A stretch of DNA of 64,000 nt from the IMG/VR virus record IMGVR_UViG_3300028840_005337, positions 1 through 64,000 of that record; one strand, given 5' to 3'. The translations under genes and the position numbers were made by a program. Under the pieces are notes generated by a model that saw nothing but the letters and a program-made list of their open reading frames with translations, had not been told where the DNA came from and ran no database searches. Shown one piece after another: positions 9,574 to 20,076 of the stretch (positions are counted from its first letter, which is position 1; every line of letters starts with the position of its first letter). Source of the stretch: an uncultured virus (IMG/VR IMGVR_UViG_3300028840_005337) (Duplodnaviria > Heunggongvirae > Uroviricota > Caudoviricetes).

Positions 9574-11574
9574 TTGATGTTCAGTTTGTCACGGGAGCTG
9601 GTCCACAGCGAGGCCAAGGCCGTCGGTGCCGACATGCTCGACCGCCAGCAGGCCCTCATCGTGGGCGGGAACGCCCAACTCTATCGCTATTCTGTGGAAG
9701 ACGAGCGTGCCCTGATCGGCATCGGCAAGTACGACTGCGACAACGGTACGGAATACCCGTACCCGTACCGCCCCGAGAACAGCGTCATCGACCAGCGGAG
9801 CGTCCGGCTGTACGCCGACAACGTCTACCTGCAGATCCACCAGGCATACGGCGGATTCACGCCGGACCAGGAACATTACGATCGCCTGGTCACCGAGGAC
9901 GAGTGCCTCATGGAAGACTGCGTTGTCGGCGCCGTCATCGATGTCAAGCTGGACGATCTGCACTTCAGCGCCAAGGTGCTGGGGCATGCCAAAGACGGAG
10001 ACTACTACGCCCTGGTTCTTAGCCGAAACCTGCCAGCGCCGATGCGGGCCGCGGATCCTGCGAAGATGCGGTTCCGCGCCTGTGTCGTACGGCACGACAT
10101 CGAGATCCCGGTCGAAGCGTTCGACGGCCAGGTCGACAACTGGTGCGCCCGCGCCGACCACGTCGTCGTTGGCGGCGGCATCTATCTGGCCGACAGCGGT
10201 TGGATCGACGACGGTGAGCCGCACCCGCTCCCGATCGTGGAGGCCGACCTCTACATCCAGTACAAGGCCTGGCGTAGCGAGTTTGCAGACACCGTCTACG
10301 CCCTGGCGGATGGCGAGGATCTCGATCTGATCCCCGGACAGGAGTCGCCGGCCAACCCGCTGAAGTTCGGTGTGAAAATGGCGAAGCTGCACTCTAATAT
10401 CACTGCTGTCAAATTCATCGCCGTGCCGGACCCGGACGATCCGGCATCCTGGGTTGAGACCCTCCGGCGTGCTGGAAAGTTCCGGTTCTACAGCGTCGTG
10501 CCGATGACCACCGATCCGGCAGTCCAGGAGGCCGTGATACAGCTCGTAGACGACCGTTCCCAGGCCGCCACGGGCCGGGAGTGTGTCACGTGGCTCCCGC
10601 TGCAGGCGCGCGCTACCGTGGCTGTGGCGGACGCCTCGAACAGCGTGGACGGGGCGCCGCTGAAGGCCGTGGTCCGGGAGCAGCCCGGTGGTGGGGCCTT
10701 CCTGGTGGACGTTCAGGAGGGAAATGCGCAATTCCTGTCGCTGGGGGTCCAACCGGGCGATATCCTGCGTTACAACGTCGGCGAAAATGGGTATATTGAA
10801 TATGTCATCCACGCAGTCCTGAACGAGGACGCGGTGGTTGTCCAGGATAGCCAGGGCATCCAACCGTCTGACTTCGCCCACCCGGTCGAAGTCTGGAGGA
10901 CATTGGATTCAGACGCAATGGCCGCGCGGGTCGCCGCGAAGGCCAAAGAGTATGGCAGCAAACGCGTCCGTGCCGTGTGGCCGGACCGTGCCATTGGTGG
11001 CGGGGTAGCATTCGACGGAATGTACGTGTGCGCAGCGCTCGCCGGACTCCGGTCCGGCTGCGCGCCGCACCAAAGTTTGGCCGGCGTAGAGCTAGCCGGC
11101 ATCGACGAATTGCCAAGGACCGACGAGCTGTTCACGGAGGAGCAGCTCGAGATGTTGACAGACTTTGGAGTGTGGGTGGTCAGCGCCGACGACGGTGTCG
11201 CCCGCTCTCTACGAGGCTTGACGACAGCAGCGTACGGTGATCCATCGCAACACGATGAGGCGGTGGTCACCAACCTGGATTGTATCTGTGGAGCGCTGCG
11301 AGATGAGTTGAGGTCGACCATCGGTAAAGCGCATGGCGCGGGCCAGATCCAGCATCATGTCATCGCCAAGGCGCACGGTCAACTCAACGCTATGTGCGTG
11401 ACGAGATCACCGCGGGTGGGCAGGCAGCTGATCGACAAGACGGTTCGCGTCGTCCGTCGACACGCTTTCCTGAGCAACCGACTTGTGTTGAGCCTACGTC
11501 TCGTGGTACCGGTACCACAGGAACGTGGGATCACCGCTGGTAATGTCGAGGTGTACCAGCAGATTATCGTATAA
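9574..11574 (+). CDS. Contractile tail sheath-like protein
   Basis: 666 aa. C-terminal sheath-like segment (RVRAVWPD, CAALAGLRSG..PHQSL, GVWVV). Followed by a 158-aa tube-sized gene. Confidence 0.65.
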   Translation: MMFSLSRELVHSEAKAVGADMLDRQQALIVGGNAQLYRYSVEDERALIGIGKYDCDNGTEYPYPYRPENSVIDQRSVRLYADNVYLQIHQAYGGFTPDQEHYDRLVTEDECLMEDCVVGAVIDVKLDDLHFSAKVLGHAKDGDYYALVLSRNLPAPMRAADPAKMRFRACVVRHDIEIPVEAFDGQVDNWCARADHVVVGGGIYLADSGWIDDGEPHPLPIVEADLYIQYKAWRSEFADTVYALADGEDLDLIPGQESPANPLKFGVKMAKLHSNITAVKFIAVPDPDDPASWVETLRRAGKFRFYSVVPMTTDPAVQEAVIQLVDDRSQAATGRECVTWLPLQARATVAVADASNSVDGAPLKAVVREQPGGGAFLVDVQEGNAQFLSLGVQPGDILRYNVGENGYIEYVIHAVLNEDAVVVQDSQGIQPSDFAHPVEVWRTLDSDAMAARVAAKAKEYGSKRVRAVWPDRAIGGGVAFDGMYVCAALAGLRSGCAPHQSLAGVELAGIDELPRTDELFTEEQLEMLTDFGVWVVSADDGVARSLRGLTTAAYGDPSQHDEAVVTNLDCICGALRDELRSTIGKAHGAGQIQHHVIAKAHGQLNAMCVTRSPRVGRQLIDKTVRVVRRHAFLSNRLVLSLRLVVPVPQERGITAGNVEVYQQIIV

Positions 11575-11617
11575 TCGCCAGGATTGGCGAACTTGACCAA
11601 CATGGAGGTTAAAGCCA

Positions 11618-12094
11618 ATGGCTCAAGACATTTTCTCCCGTGAAGTCACCTTTGGTGGTGCGTTCTCTGCTGACGGGGCCTCGCTGGCATTCGACGAATT
11701 CGGCGCTGGCTTGCTCGCTCAAAGCGTGCAATGGCAATACCAGCAGAACGTCACACGATTGTACGAGGTCGCGTCGAGCGACGTGTATCTCGTTGCCGGT
11801 CGAACCCAAGGGCAGGCAACCGTGCAGCGGGTCATGGGACCTGCCGCGCTTGCTGAAGCATTCTACGAAACCTACGGCGACGTGTGTAACGCCGACACCA
11901 ACACCCTGACGTTTACCGCCCAGGCGAACTGCGCCTCCGGTGGCGACACCGGTGATACGGTGACGATCGTCATGAACTCCGTGGTCATCGTCGGCTACGG
12001 TGGGGCGGTGACGGCGCAGGACATGGTTGTCAACGAATCGCTGACACTGTTGTTCCTCTGGCTGACCTACGGAGTAGCCGCACCAGCACCGTAG
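11618..12094 (+). CDS. Tail tube protein
   Basis: GGAGG RBS. Beta-rich 158-aa protein (QNVTRLYEV...GRTQG) after sheath, followed by a strong hairpin. Confidence 0.6.
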   Translation: MAQDIFSREVTFGGAFSADGASLAFDEFGAGLLAQSVQWQYQQNVTRLYEVASSDVYLVAGRTQGQATVQRVMGPAALAEAFYETYGDVCNADTNTLTFTAQANCASGGDTGDTVTIVMNSVVIVGYGGAVTAQDMVVNESLTLLFLWLTYGVAAPAP

Positions 12095-12111
12095 TGATCA
12101 GCATTGGTATT

Positions 12112-12137
12112 GGGGGCCCGGCATCAGCCGGGCCCCC
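12112..12137 (+). terminator. Strong hairpin after the tube gene
   Basis: GGGGGCCCGGC-ATCA-GCCGGGCCCCC, an 11-bp stem with no U-tract. Confidence 0.5.
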
Positions 12138-12170
12138 TAGGGCGTACTCAGCCCATAACCGGATAAGACA

Positions 12171-14978
12171 ATGCCATCACCATTCAAGAAGATCAGGACC
12201 GCAATGGACGGGCTCGCCCGCCTTGCGCGTAACCTGGACTGGAATTCTCGTCTGCAGCCAGGCTCCGCCGCCGGACAAAACCCGGTGTCTGACCCTGCCG
12301 GTGCGATCACTGCGCACAACACCGACCTGGCTGCCTCCAGCACGGTACAGTACGGCTTCGTCATCGACGCGCTGCCCAGCGTCCGCTGCTACCGTGTCCA
12401 ACCCGAGAACGGCGGGCCTGTCATCGACTGCTCGCTCGGTATGCGTGGCACCGTCTCTCCGATGGGCTCCTACGACGCCGACACCCTCATCGCCGGTACG
12501 CACGTCCGGTACGTCCAACAGAAGAACGACCCGACCGGCCTGATCGTCGCCATCGAACCGATGTACATGTACGATCCGCGGCTGTTCTACGGCGACGTGA
12601 TCTCACAGGGTTCCAACACCGGGCTCAACGTAGAGACCGGCTTCCACGAAGTCTTCCTGCTTGGCGGGTTCCAGGGTCCCATGTCCCTGAACGGCGGCGT
12701 CACCGACTATGCCGGCCGCACCCCGTTTGACAGCCTGGAGATCGGTGAGTTCAACCGATCGATGGAGACCGGGCTGATGCTCCACATGGACCCGTACATG
12801 GCGTTCATGCGTGCCGACGAGTGGTCCGGGCTGTGGATGTTCTACTGGGACGGCCTCGTCCGTCTGTCAGGGCAGAACTTCCAGCGGTGGACAAGCGGAT
12901 CCGAGCTCGAGTCGTACGACGACGAAGGCGAGCACATGTGGTACAAGGGCATCGCCACGTACCCGTGGGAACACATGGGCCAGCTCCAGGGTCCCGACTC
13001 CAGCGTCCTGCAGGAGCGTTCCGCCGACGTCACACAGAACACGGCGCCCTACTACGCCAGGTTCGAGCCGGACAACGACGATCTGCAGCCGTTCCACCGG
13101 TTCCGCGAGTACGCTGGCTACCTCGGCCAGGGCCAGAAGAAGATGATGTGTGCGCCGCTGCAGACCGGCACAGACTACCAGATGCTCTACAGCGACCAGG
13201 ACTACGAGCCGATCGGTCTGCACGAACAGAACATCGACATGGCGGGCCACTGGTCGGTGCGTACGGCCTCCGGCATCACCATCGCCAAGCGCCCGATCCT
13301 CCCGGTGCCGAAGCGCATCAGGGATGTGACGCACTACGCTGGCGACCAGCCGTCGACGTACAAGGCCTCGTCGCAGTACGGCTCGGGCTCCGCCCACAAG
13401 ATGCAGCCGCTGCCGACCGTCGCGTCCGGCGAGTTCGCCATGTCCGCGGCCGCCACCGTCATGGATCACCACGCATACCTGTTCAACTGGAGCAGCGCGC
13501 ACCCGTTCCATTACCACAGTGACGACTACTACTACCCAGAAGAGTCGGGATACGACCACATCTCGACGAACCAGGAGATTCCGACCTGGGGCGATCTCAA
13601 CGTGGACACCTCATGGTATCTCGGCGACCCGTCGTATAACTCGTACACGCTGGATCACCGGTCGGACAACACCAAGAACATTTACCACAGCACAGCCTAT
13701 CTCACGCTGTTAGAGGAAGGCGGCGTGCTGCTAGGCGACGGTTGGGGCTCTGAGATCCGGATGTCGAACGGCTGCATCTTCATCGACGCGCCGGGCGATA
13801 TTTTCATGTCCTCGGGCCGTAACCTTATTGGGTGGGGTGGTCGTGACATCTGCTGGCGCGCCTGGAACTGTGTGGATGTCACGGCCAACGAGAAGGACGT
13901 GCGCATCAAGGCCGAGAAGAACTGCTGGATCTTGGCTGGCAACAGCGAGGCCACCGGCGAGAGTCAGGGCGGCGTCATCATCGAATGCCGCGCGGACGGT
14001 CCGCCGAAATACGACTTCTACAACAACACCGGCGAAGACGTTGAGGCCAACGGGATCATCTTCAAGGCGCTGGGTACTGAGATCATCGGCTGGGCGGAGA
14101 GCATCTACCTGCGTACGCGAGGTCCGGCTGTCGACTCCAAGTCGGCTGGCGACTCGGGTACGGCCGAAGACCCGCTGCCGAAGGTCGGCGACATCACGCT
14201 CGACGCCTACGGCAAGGGTGATATCGTCACGCGCTCCAACTTCGTGAAGCACTTCGTCCACTGCGCTGTGGCCCATATCTTCCCGGATACGGCTGGCAGC
14301 ACGGTGCACTTCTTCACCGAGGACGGGGTCACGCTCGGCGGCGACGTGTACACCGACGGCGACCTGCTGTCGTATGGGTCGCACCTGGCCAAGGGCGACT
14401 TCCTGACACCGGAAGGCCACCACTATTCGACGTCAGGCGGTCTGGTCGGTAAGCTGACCACGGCGAGCGCCGGGAACATCTCGGACGCCATCGACCAAGG
14501 GCACCAGTACGAGATCGCGCTGATCGCCTGGGGCGTCAGCAGCTACGCCAAAGATATGACCCGTATGTGGTACGGGACCTCACGACCTGGTAAAAATGAT
14601 GTGATCTCCAGCGTGTGGGTCCACTTGCGGACCGAGGAAGACTACAAGTCGGATGGGTTCTTCCTGTACGAATCCCGCTGGCAACAGATGGCCCGGCTCG
14701 GTGGCAGCTCGGGCACGCAGACCTGGACCGAGAACTACGTTGAGGCAAACCAAGCACACGGCGATATCACGAGCGATGAAACCTACCCGTTCCCGGGTCG
14801 CGATCGGTTCCAAGAGACCGGAAGCGGCAGCCGGACATGGTTGCAGCACGATCTGAAGCTGTACAACATGAGCACCGGGCAGGCAGCGGACCGAGGAAGC
14901 ACGTACGAGTCGCCGGTTACGCTCAACAGCCTCAACGACGTGAAGCTCGACGGTAACTACCTAATCATCGGAAAGTAA
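12171..14978 (+). CDS. Baseplate hub/spike (gp5/VgrG-like) protein
   Basis: N-terminal OB-fold-like region. Beta-helix-like repeats (IFIDAPGDIFMSSGRN, DVRIKAEKN). Tail operon position. Confidence 0.5.
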   Translation: MPSPFKKIRTAMDGLARLARNLDWNSRLQPGSAAGQNPVSDPAGAITAHNTDLAASSTVQYGFVIDALPSVRCYRVQPENGGPVIDCSLGMRGTVSPMGSYDADTLIAGTHVRYVQQKNDPTGLIVAIEPMYMYDPRLFYGDVISQGSNTGLNVETGFHEVFLLGGFQGPMSLNGGVTDYAGRTPFDSLEIGEFNRSMETGLMLHMDPYMAFMRADEWSGLWMFYWDGLVRLSGQNFQRWTSGSELESYDDEGEHMWYKGIATYPWEHMGQLQGPDSSVLQERSADVTQNTAPYYARFEPDNDDLQPFHRFREYAGYLGQGQKKMMCAPLQTGTDYQMLYSDQDYEPIGLHEQNIDMAGHWSVRTASGITIAKRPILPVPKRIRDVTHYAGDQPSTYKASSQYGSGSAHKMQPLPTVASGEFAMSAAATVMDHHAYLFNWSSAHPFHYHSDDYYYPEESGYDHISTNQEIPTWGDLNVDTSWYLGDPSYNSYTLDHRSDNTKNIYHSTAYLTLLEEGGVLLGDGWGSEIRMSNGCIFIDAPGDIFMSSGRNLIGWGGRDICWRAWNCVDVTANEKDVRIKAEKNCWILAGNSEATGESQGGVIIECRADGPPKYDFYNNTGEDVEANGIIFKALGTEIIGWAESIYLRTRGPAVDSKSAGDSGTAEDPLPKVGDITLDAYGKGDIVTRSNFVKHFVHCAVAHIFPDTAGSTVHFFTEDGVTLGGDVYTDGDLLSYGSHLAKGDFLTPEGHHYSTSGGLVGKLTTASAGNISDAIDQGHQYEIALIAWGVSSYAKDMTRMWYGTSRPGKNDVISSVWVHLRTEEDYKSDGFFLYESRWQQMARLGGSSGTQTWTENYVEANQAHGDITSDETYPFPGRDRFQETGSGSRTWLQHDLKLYNMSTGQAADRGSTYESPVTLNSLNDVKLDGNYLIIGK

Positions 14979-14987
14979 AGGAAAATC

Positions 14988-16235
14988 ATGGCCAAAGACA
15001 CCCCACGACGACGTTTCCCGCTCCCGCCCACTGCCGAGCAGCGTAAGGCCCAGGCTGCCGCTGCTGCTTCCGTCGGCGCGGAGATGCCTCCGCAACGCCC
15101 CGGCAAGATCCTCGGCAAACTGCCGGTGGATGCCGTGCGCGGAGCTGAAGACCTCACAGAGGACGAACGTGTCCTGCTGGCGCACGCCGGCCACCAAGCT
15201 GGCGATCCAGTCCCGGACCTGTCCACTACCGCAGTCGGCCGCAGGCTGGCAGCGCAGGCCGCGCAGATCGAGCAGGAGGCCTCCGACCTGGCCGGGTTGA
15301 CGCCGGTAGATCCGCGCACGCCGCCTATCAAGATGCCCGAGCCAGTCCCGATCGAGGAGCTGCCCGAAGCGGAGCAGCAAGCGCTGGCTGCGCGGATGCT
15401 CGAGATGCAGGAGCTGCAGGTACAGCTGGCCGCCGCCAAGTCGCAGAAGAGCGCCGAAGCCGCGGCCAACGCCATGCCAGCGTCCGTGGCCAGCGCGCCC
15501 GGCGGCTTTGCTGCAGTGCAGCACGCACGGCAGGCGGCAGCGCAGCAGCAGGGCAAGCTCACCATCACCGACGACCTCGGCGATCGGAGCAAGCCGGGCT
15601 TCTCGCTGAAGCAAAAGCCCGCAAAACCCGAGGTTCCGTCGGATCCGGAGCCTGAAATTTATTCACGTGAAGAAAATTCGGAGGCCGGCGGCGCGGTGCC
15701 CGAGGATTACGCCGTGATCTGCCCGCGCTGCTCGTTCGATCTGAACACGGACCTGAACGAGCCGACGGACGCCGACAAAATCGCCTTCGTGGCCTGCATT
15801 CTCGGCGGTGAGCACAGGTTCACGAAGGAGTACTCGTTGTTCGGCGGGAAGATCAAGGTGGTGTTCCGGGCACTGAAGCCGCGCGAGGTCGACACAGCGA
15901 TCCAACAGGCCGACATCGACCTGCAGGCCGACAAGATCGTGAACCTCGTCCAGTACAGCCGGGAAATCGAGCGGTACAAGCTGGCTGCTGGCATTGCTGT
16001 CATCGCCCGGCAGGGCCACACGGAGCTTGAGTTCCCGGAGATCGGAGCGCTCGAGTATGATGAAGAGAACTTCGCCACTCCGGTGGCTGCAATGGACGAC
16101 TACCTGCACAACGAGGTGTTCACCACGGACAGCCTCCGGAAGGTGATCTACAACGCCTGGGCCGAGTTCCTCGGCACCCTGGCAACGCTTGAGGCGAAGG
16201 CGGAAGACCCGGATTTTTTCTCCGGGATCGCGTAG
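14988..16235 (+). CDS. Tail assembly chaperone (gpG-like)
   Basis: Two genes upstream of tape measure. Ends just after slippery heptamer T TTT TTC (16214-16220). Confidence 0.6.
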   Translation: MAKDTPRRRFPLPPTAEQRKAQAAAAASVGAEMPPQRPGKILGKLPVDAVRGAEDLTEDERVLLAHAGHQAGDPVPDLSTTAVGRRLAAQAAQIEQEASDLAGLTPVDPRTPPIKMPEPVPIEELPEAEQQALAARMLEMQELQVQLAAAKSQKSAEAAANAMPASVASAPGGFAAVQHARQAAAQQQGKLTITDDLGDRSKPGFSLKQKPAKPEVPSDPEPEIYSREENSEAGGAVPEDYAVICPRCSFDLNTDLNEPTDADKIAFVACILGGEHRFTKEYSLFGGKIKVVFRALKPREVDTAIQQADIDLQADKIVNLVQYSREIERYKLAAGIAVIARQGHTELEFPEIGALEYDEENFATPVAAMDDYLHNEVFTTDSLRKVIYNAWAEFLGTLATLEAKAEDPDFFSGIA

Positions 16236-16630
16236 CCTGTTTGATGATTCAGGCGGCCTGTGAAGGCATGATCGATTTCCGACAGGCCGATCTACGAGAT
16301 CCCTGGTGGTGGCGGAAGCTTAGAGTAGTCATCGATTACGTTGGAAGACAGGTGTCAGCCAAGTTGGCGGAGCACAAGTTCCAGTTCAACCTGGCCGTAC
16401 TGAGTTACCTGACGCATAGGGATACGCTCGAGATGCACTGGGACTCAGCAGAGATGCTGCGGTCCCGGCTGTGTCGTAAGCTCGCGCCCTGGCTTAAAGT
16501 TGGACCCGAGGACGTAAAGGAGACGTTGAAGGAAATGCGTGACCGCTACATCGAAACCTGGGGCGATCCGAACGATCCTACTTACCAGGCGGAGATGCAG
16601 CGCCTGATCCAGCACTGGAGGACTAAGTAA
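16217..16630 (+). CDS. Frameshift extension of tail chaperone (gpT-like, -1 frame)
   Basis: The -1 frame is open from the TGA at 16190-16192 through the slippery site to 16630. No clear RBS before 16241/16244. Confidence 0.6.
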   Translation, partial: FLRDRVACLMIQAACEGMIDFRQADLRDPWWWRKLRVVIDYVGRQVSAKLAEHKFQFNLAVLSYLTHRDTLEMHWDSAEMLRSRLCRKLAPWLKVGPEDVKETLKEMRDRYIETWGDPNDPTYQAEMQRLIQHWRTK

Positions 16631-19131
16631 TGTCCATGGGGTATCAAGCACCGGGGTTTCAGCCGCCGTACATGTCACCGTTCGGTTCGCCGAATCTGTT
16701 TCCCGGTATGAATCCGCTGATCGGTATGGGCGCGCAGTTCGGGGCGGGCATGCTAGCGCCTGGCATGCAGATGGGCCAGTTCATGCCCAACCAGAGCTTC
16801 ATGAACACGCTGGAAGCTCAACAGTTCCAGCGGATGCAGATGGGGCTCTCCAGTACGATCGGTGCGAGCGGTGCCGCGGCAGACGTGCGGGGCTTGCTCG
16901 GCGGGCTCGGCATGAGCGGGATGCTGGCCGGGCACGGTACGCCTGGGTTCGCGCAGCAGAGCCAACAGATCGGCCAGATTGCTGGGCAGATCCTGCCGTT
17001 CGCAAGTATGGCGGCGCCTGGGCTGGCTGATGCCCTTGGCCCCGGCATGGGTCAGATGCAGTTCGCGCAGCAGCTGGGCGGCATGTTCCGCCCACAGATG
17101 GCTGCTCCGAACATGCCCGGTACCGGTGTCAGCATGATGGACACGCAGATGCGTGTGCAGAACCTGACCCAGAACGTGTACCGCAGCCTGTTCCACGATG
17201 CGGCAGGCAACCAGGTCCGTCGACCGCAGGCGACACACGGTTTCGGGATCGGGCAGACTGGATCCATCATCGCCGAAGCGCAGCGTCAGGGTCTCGGCCC
17301 GGGGAACCTGCTGGAAGGCGACTTCAACCAGGACGCGCAGTCACTCAACCAGTTCGCACAGCAGATCACCTCGCCGATCAGCGCCATCCGTGACGTGTTT
17401 GGTCCGGGTCTGACGACCTCGCAGCAGTTCCAGGCGCTGAACCTGGTGACGCTGAGCGGTACGAGCCGCGAGGAGCTCGGCGATCTCGGTATGCAAGTGC
17501 GGCAGTTCAAGCAGCTGGCACGTGCTGGCTACGGTGACGACCCCGGCGCGTTCGGCAAAGCGATCGGGCTGCAGCAGATGGCGGGCCAGCGGTCGCTCGA
17601 ACAGGGCGGCGACATCAGCTCTGGTGTCATCGCAGGGCAACACGCGCTGGCGATGGGTGCTGTCGCCGGGCAGCTCGGCGGGCAGGCGCTGATGGAGTCG
17701 CGTACTAGTAAGGCCCAGCTCATGCAGAAGGACGCGCTGCTGACAGCACAGGCTGCCAACAGCCCGGTTGCCGACCAGATGGCTGCGCTCATGCGTATGG
17801 GCGAGGAAGGCATGCTCTCCGGCCAAGCCAAGGCGAAGTACGAAGAGCTGATGAAGGGCAACTATCGGTACATGGAGGAGGGCGACTTCCGCGAGATGCT
17901 CGTGAACAGCGGCGTCGACCCGAAAGTGGCGGCCATCATCCGCAACCAGCGTGAGGACAACCTCATGCGGTACGGCGACAAGGTGGCACAGTCCGCCCGG
18001 AACCAGCAGTGGGACGTGGATATTAAGCAGTCCCTGACACGGAACATCGCCAACACCCTGAGCGCCGTCGGCGGCAAGCGCGGGCTGTCTGGTCAACTGG
18101 CCATGCAGGCCGGTGCCGTCGTGTCGGATGCAATCCGAGAGAGTGCCGGCCAGTCGCGGGAGGAAGTGCAGGCAGAGGCCACCGCACGACTCAAGGAGTT
18201 GGGCTTCAGCGACAGTGATGCCCGGACGGCGTCCTCACTGGCGCTGAGCGAAGCCACTCGTACTGCCCAGCAGTTCGGCTTCTCCAGCTTCGGCGAGGCG
18301 GCGCTGCTGAACAACGAGCAGATCCTCGATCGAGTGCAGGAGCAGCAGGCCATCGCCAAGCGTAAGGCCGAAGCCGAAGCGCGTACGGCAGCGGTCGGAC
18401 AAGACCAGCCGCTCGAACGCGTCGTCGACGCGATCAAGGGCGGTGACACGTCGGCCGCGACGATCATCGCCAAGCTGCTCGGCGGACTCGGCGTCGATCA
18501 GGAGAAGATCCAGGCGATCATCGGTGACATCGAGAAGAGCGAGGATAAGGAATCCAAGAAGGACACGAAGGAGAAGGTCAAGGACGAAAAGAAGAAGATC
18601 GACATGGAGCTGCGTGACGAACGCAAGAAGCTGGAAGGCCTCGAGGCTGCCATTGCCGAGGGTGAAGCTGAAGGTGTCGGCGAGCTGAAGTTCGCGCGGT
18701 CGCGCGCGGAGCGGTCGCGAAAGCGCATCGAAGAGCTGGAAGCAAAGTCTGAGGGTTTCCAGAGTGCAGAAGACAAGCGACAAGCCGACCTCCGTAAGGA
18801 CGCCGAACGGATCTTCGGTAAGGAAGAAGTCGCAAAGATGGACAAGCAAGAGCGCGACGCGGCGATCGCTCGAAGCGAAGCGGCGAATCGTGAGGCTGCA
18901 GCCAAAGGCTTTTTCACCGGCGAGGGCGGTGACGACTCCACTATAAAACCTGTCTCGCAGCAGGACGATACCTCACAGGACGGCGGGGCTGTCGGCGGCG
19001 GCGAGGCTGGTAAGGGCGTCACGCAGGTTGAAGTCGTCAACCAGGTCAACACGGTTGTCAACGACAACGAGGACGTTGACACAGGTTCTACTGAAGGTCA
19101 AAACTTGGATTCAGCAACGAACCCAGGGTAA
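16630..19131 (+). CDS. Tape measure-like protein
   Basis: 833 aa, Ala/Gln/Gly/Met-rich and helical, after the chaperone pair. Confidence 0.65.
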   Translation: MSMGYQAPGFQPPYMSPFGSPNLFPGMNPLIGMGAQFGAGMLAPGMQMGQFMPNQSFMNTLEAQQFQRMQMGLSSTIGASGAAADVRGLLGGLGMSGMLAGHGTPGFAQQSQQIGQIAGQILPFASMAAPGLADALGPGMGQMQFAQQLGGMFRPQMAAPNMPGTGVSMMDTQMRVQNLTQNVYRSLFHDAAGNQVRRPQATHGFGIGQTGSIIAEAQRQGLGPGNLLEGDFNQDAQSLNQFAQQITSPISAIRDVFGPGLTTSQQFQALNLVTLSGTSREELGDLGMQVRQFKQLARAGYGDDPGAFGKAIGLQQMAGQRSLEQGGDISSGVIAGQHALAMGAVAGQLGGQALMESRTSKAQLMQKDALLTAQAANSPVADQMAALMRMGEEGMLSGQAKAKYEELMKGNYRYMEEGDFREMLVNSGVDPKVAAIIRNQREDNLMRYGDKVAQSARNQQWDVDIKQSLTRNIANTLSAVGGKRGLSGQLAMQAGAVVSDAIRESAGQSREEVQAEATARLKELGFSDSDARTASSLALSEATRTAQQFGFSSFGEAALLNNEQILDRVQEQQAIAKRKAEAEARTAAVGQDQPLERVVDAIKGGDTSAATIIAKLLGGLGVDQEKIQAIIGDIEKSEDKESKKDTKEKVKDEKKKIDMELRDERKKLEGLEAAIAEGEAEGVGELKFARSRAERSRKRIEELEAKSEGFQSAEDKRQADLRKDAERIFGKEEVAKMDKQERDAAIARSEAANREAAAKGFFTGEGGDDSTIKPVSQQDDTSQDGGAVGGGEAGKGVTQVEVVNQVNTVVNDNEDVDTGSTEGQNLDSATNPG

Positions 19132-19135
19132 TAAC

Positions 19136-19588
19136 ATGGCATACATATTTCCATCATACGTCGGCGTACCCGGCGTCGTGTCTGACCCGAAGGCCGCACC
19201 GATGCAGTTCTCGCTGGGCGGCTGGACGGGCTTCCCGGCTACGCACTGTGTGCTGACCGGAGTCGCAGGCAACACAATGGGCAACTTCCAGTTCCTCCTG
19301 ACGCTGCGGAACTTCACCTACGTCTACGTCTTCGGCGAGAAGATGGGTGACTTCGTCGTCAACGGGATGGCGCTGGCCGGAGACTGCCCAAACGCAGGAC
19401 CGCACGGCATGAACAAGGCCATCGAGTACTACAACACGTACGCGATCTCGGTGACCGGCACGCCCGTCGTGGTCAACATGGCCGGGTGGGCTGCATGGGC
19501 GTTCGTCATCGCGGCGAACTTCACCGCCAACAACCCGCGGTCCGGCATCGGGCAATTCACATTCAAACTGAAGACCATCACGCAATGA
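19136..19588 (+). CDS. Tail tube-like/baseplate tube initiator protein
   Basis: 150 aa, beta-rich, after tape measure. Confidence 0.45.
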   Translation: MAYIFPSYVGVPGVVSDPKAAPMQFSLGGWTGFPATHCVLTGVAGNTMGNFQFLLTLRNFTYVYVFGEKMGDFVVNGMALAGDCPNAGPHGMNKAIEYYNTYAISVTGTPVVVNMAGWAAWAFVIAANFTANNPRSGIGQFTFKLKTITQ

Positions 19589-20076
19589 TAAACCACGTAC
19601 GTACATTGCTGCTGAATGAACCGGCGGCCGCGCTCGACGGTCCGTACGAGGAGTACGTCCCCGAGGAGTCCCGTACGCTCGCACTGCCACCTGTGTTGGC
19701 ACGTGTCTACGGCATCCTGTTCCCGACCAGCGACAGAGCTGCCAAGAACTACCGGCTGGCACAGCTGATGGCGCTGTACCACTCGTGTCCGGACCTGGAA
19801 TACTTCGTCTTGGACAAGGACAAGCGGATCAGCTACGAGCCGCGAGGGGAAGCGCTGCAGCTTCGTCGACTGGCGACGCTCGGAGACCTCCAGGACCTGG
19901 TGTTCGCGATGAACCTGTCGCCCGACGAGATCGACGAGCTGTTTGGTTCGCCGCGTTTGTCGCCGTACGATACGTTCCACTACTTCTGGAAGGAGATGTG
20001 TTTCTTCCCGTACAAGGTCGCAGGCATCACACTGGCGCTGGCGTACCGCATGGATGAACTGAGGGAGAAAAGCTAA
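19585..20076 (+). CDS. Hypothetical tail/baseplate protein
   Basis: ATGA coupling within the tail operon. Confidence 0.5.
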   Translation: MINHVRTLLLNEPAAALDGPYEEYVPEESRTLALPPVLARVYGILFPTSDRAAKNYRLAQLMALYHSCPDLEYFVLDKDKRISYEPRGEALQLRRLATLGDLQDLVFAMNLSPDEIDELFGSPRLSPYDTFHYFWKEMCFFPYKVAGITLALAYRMDELREKS

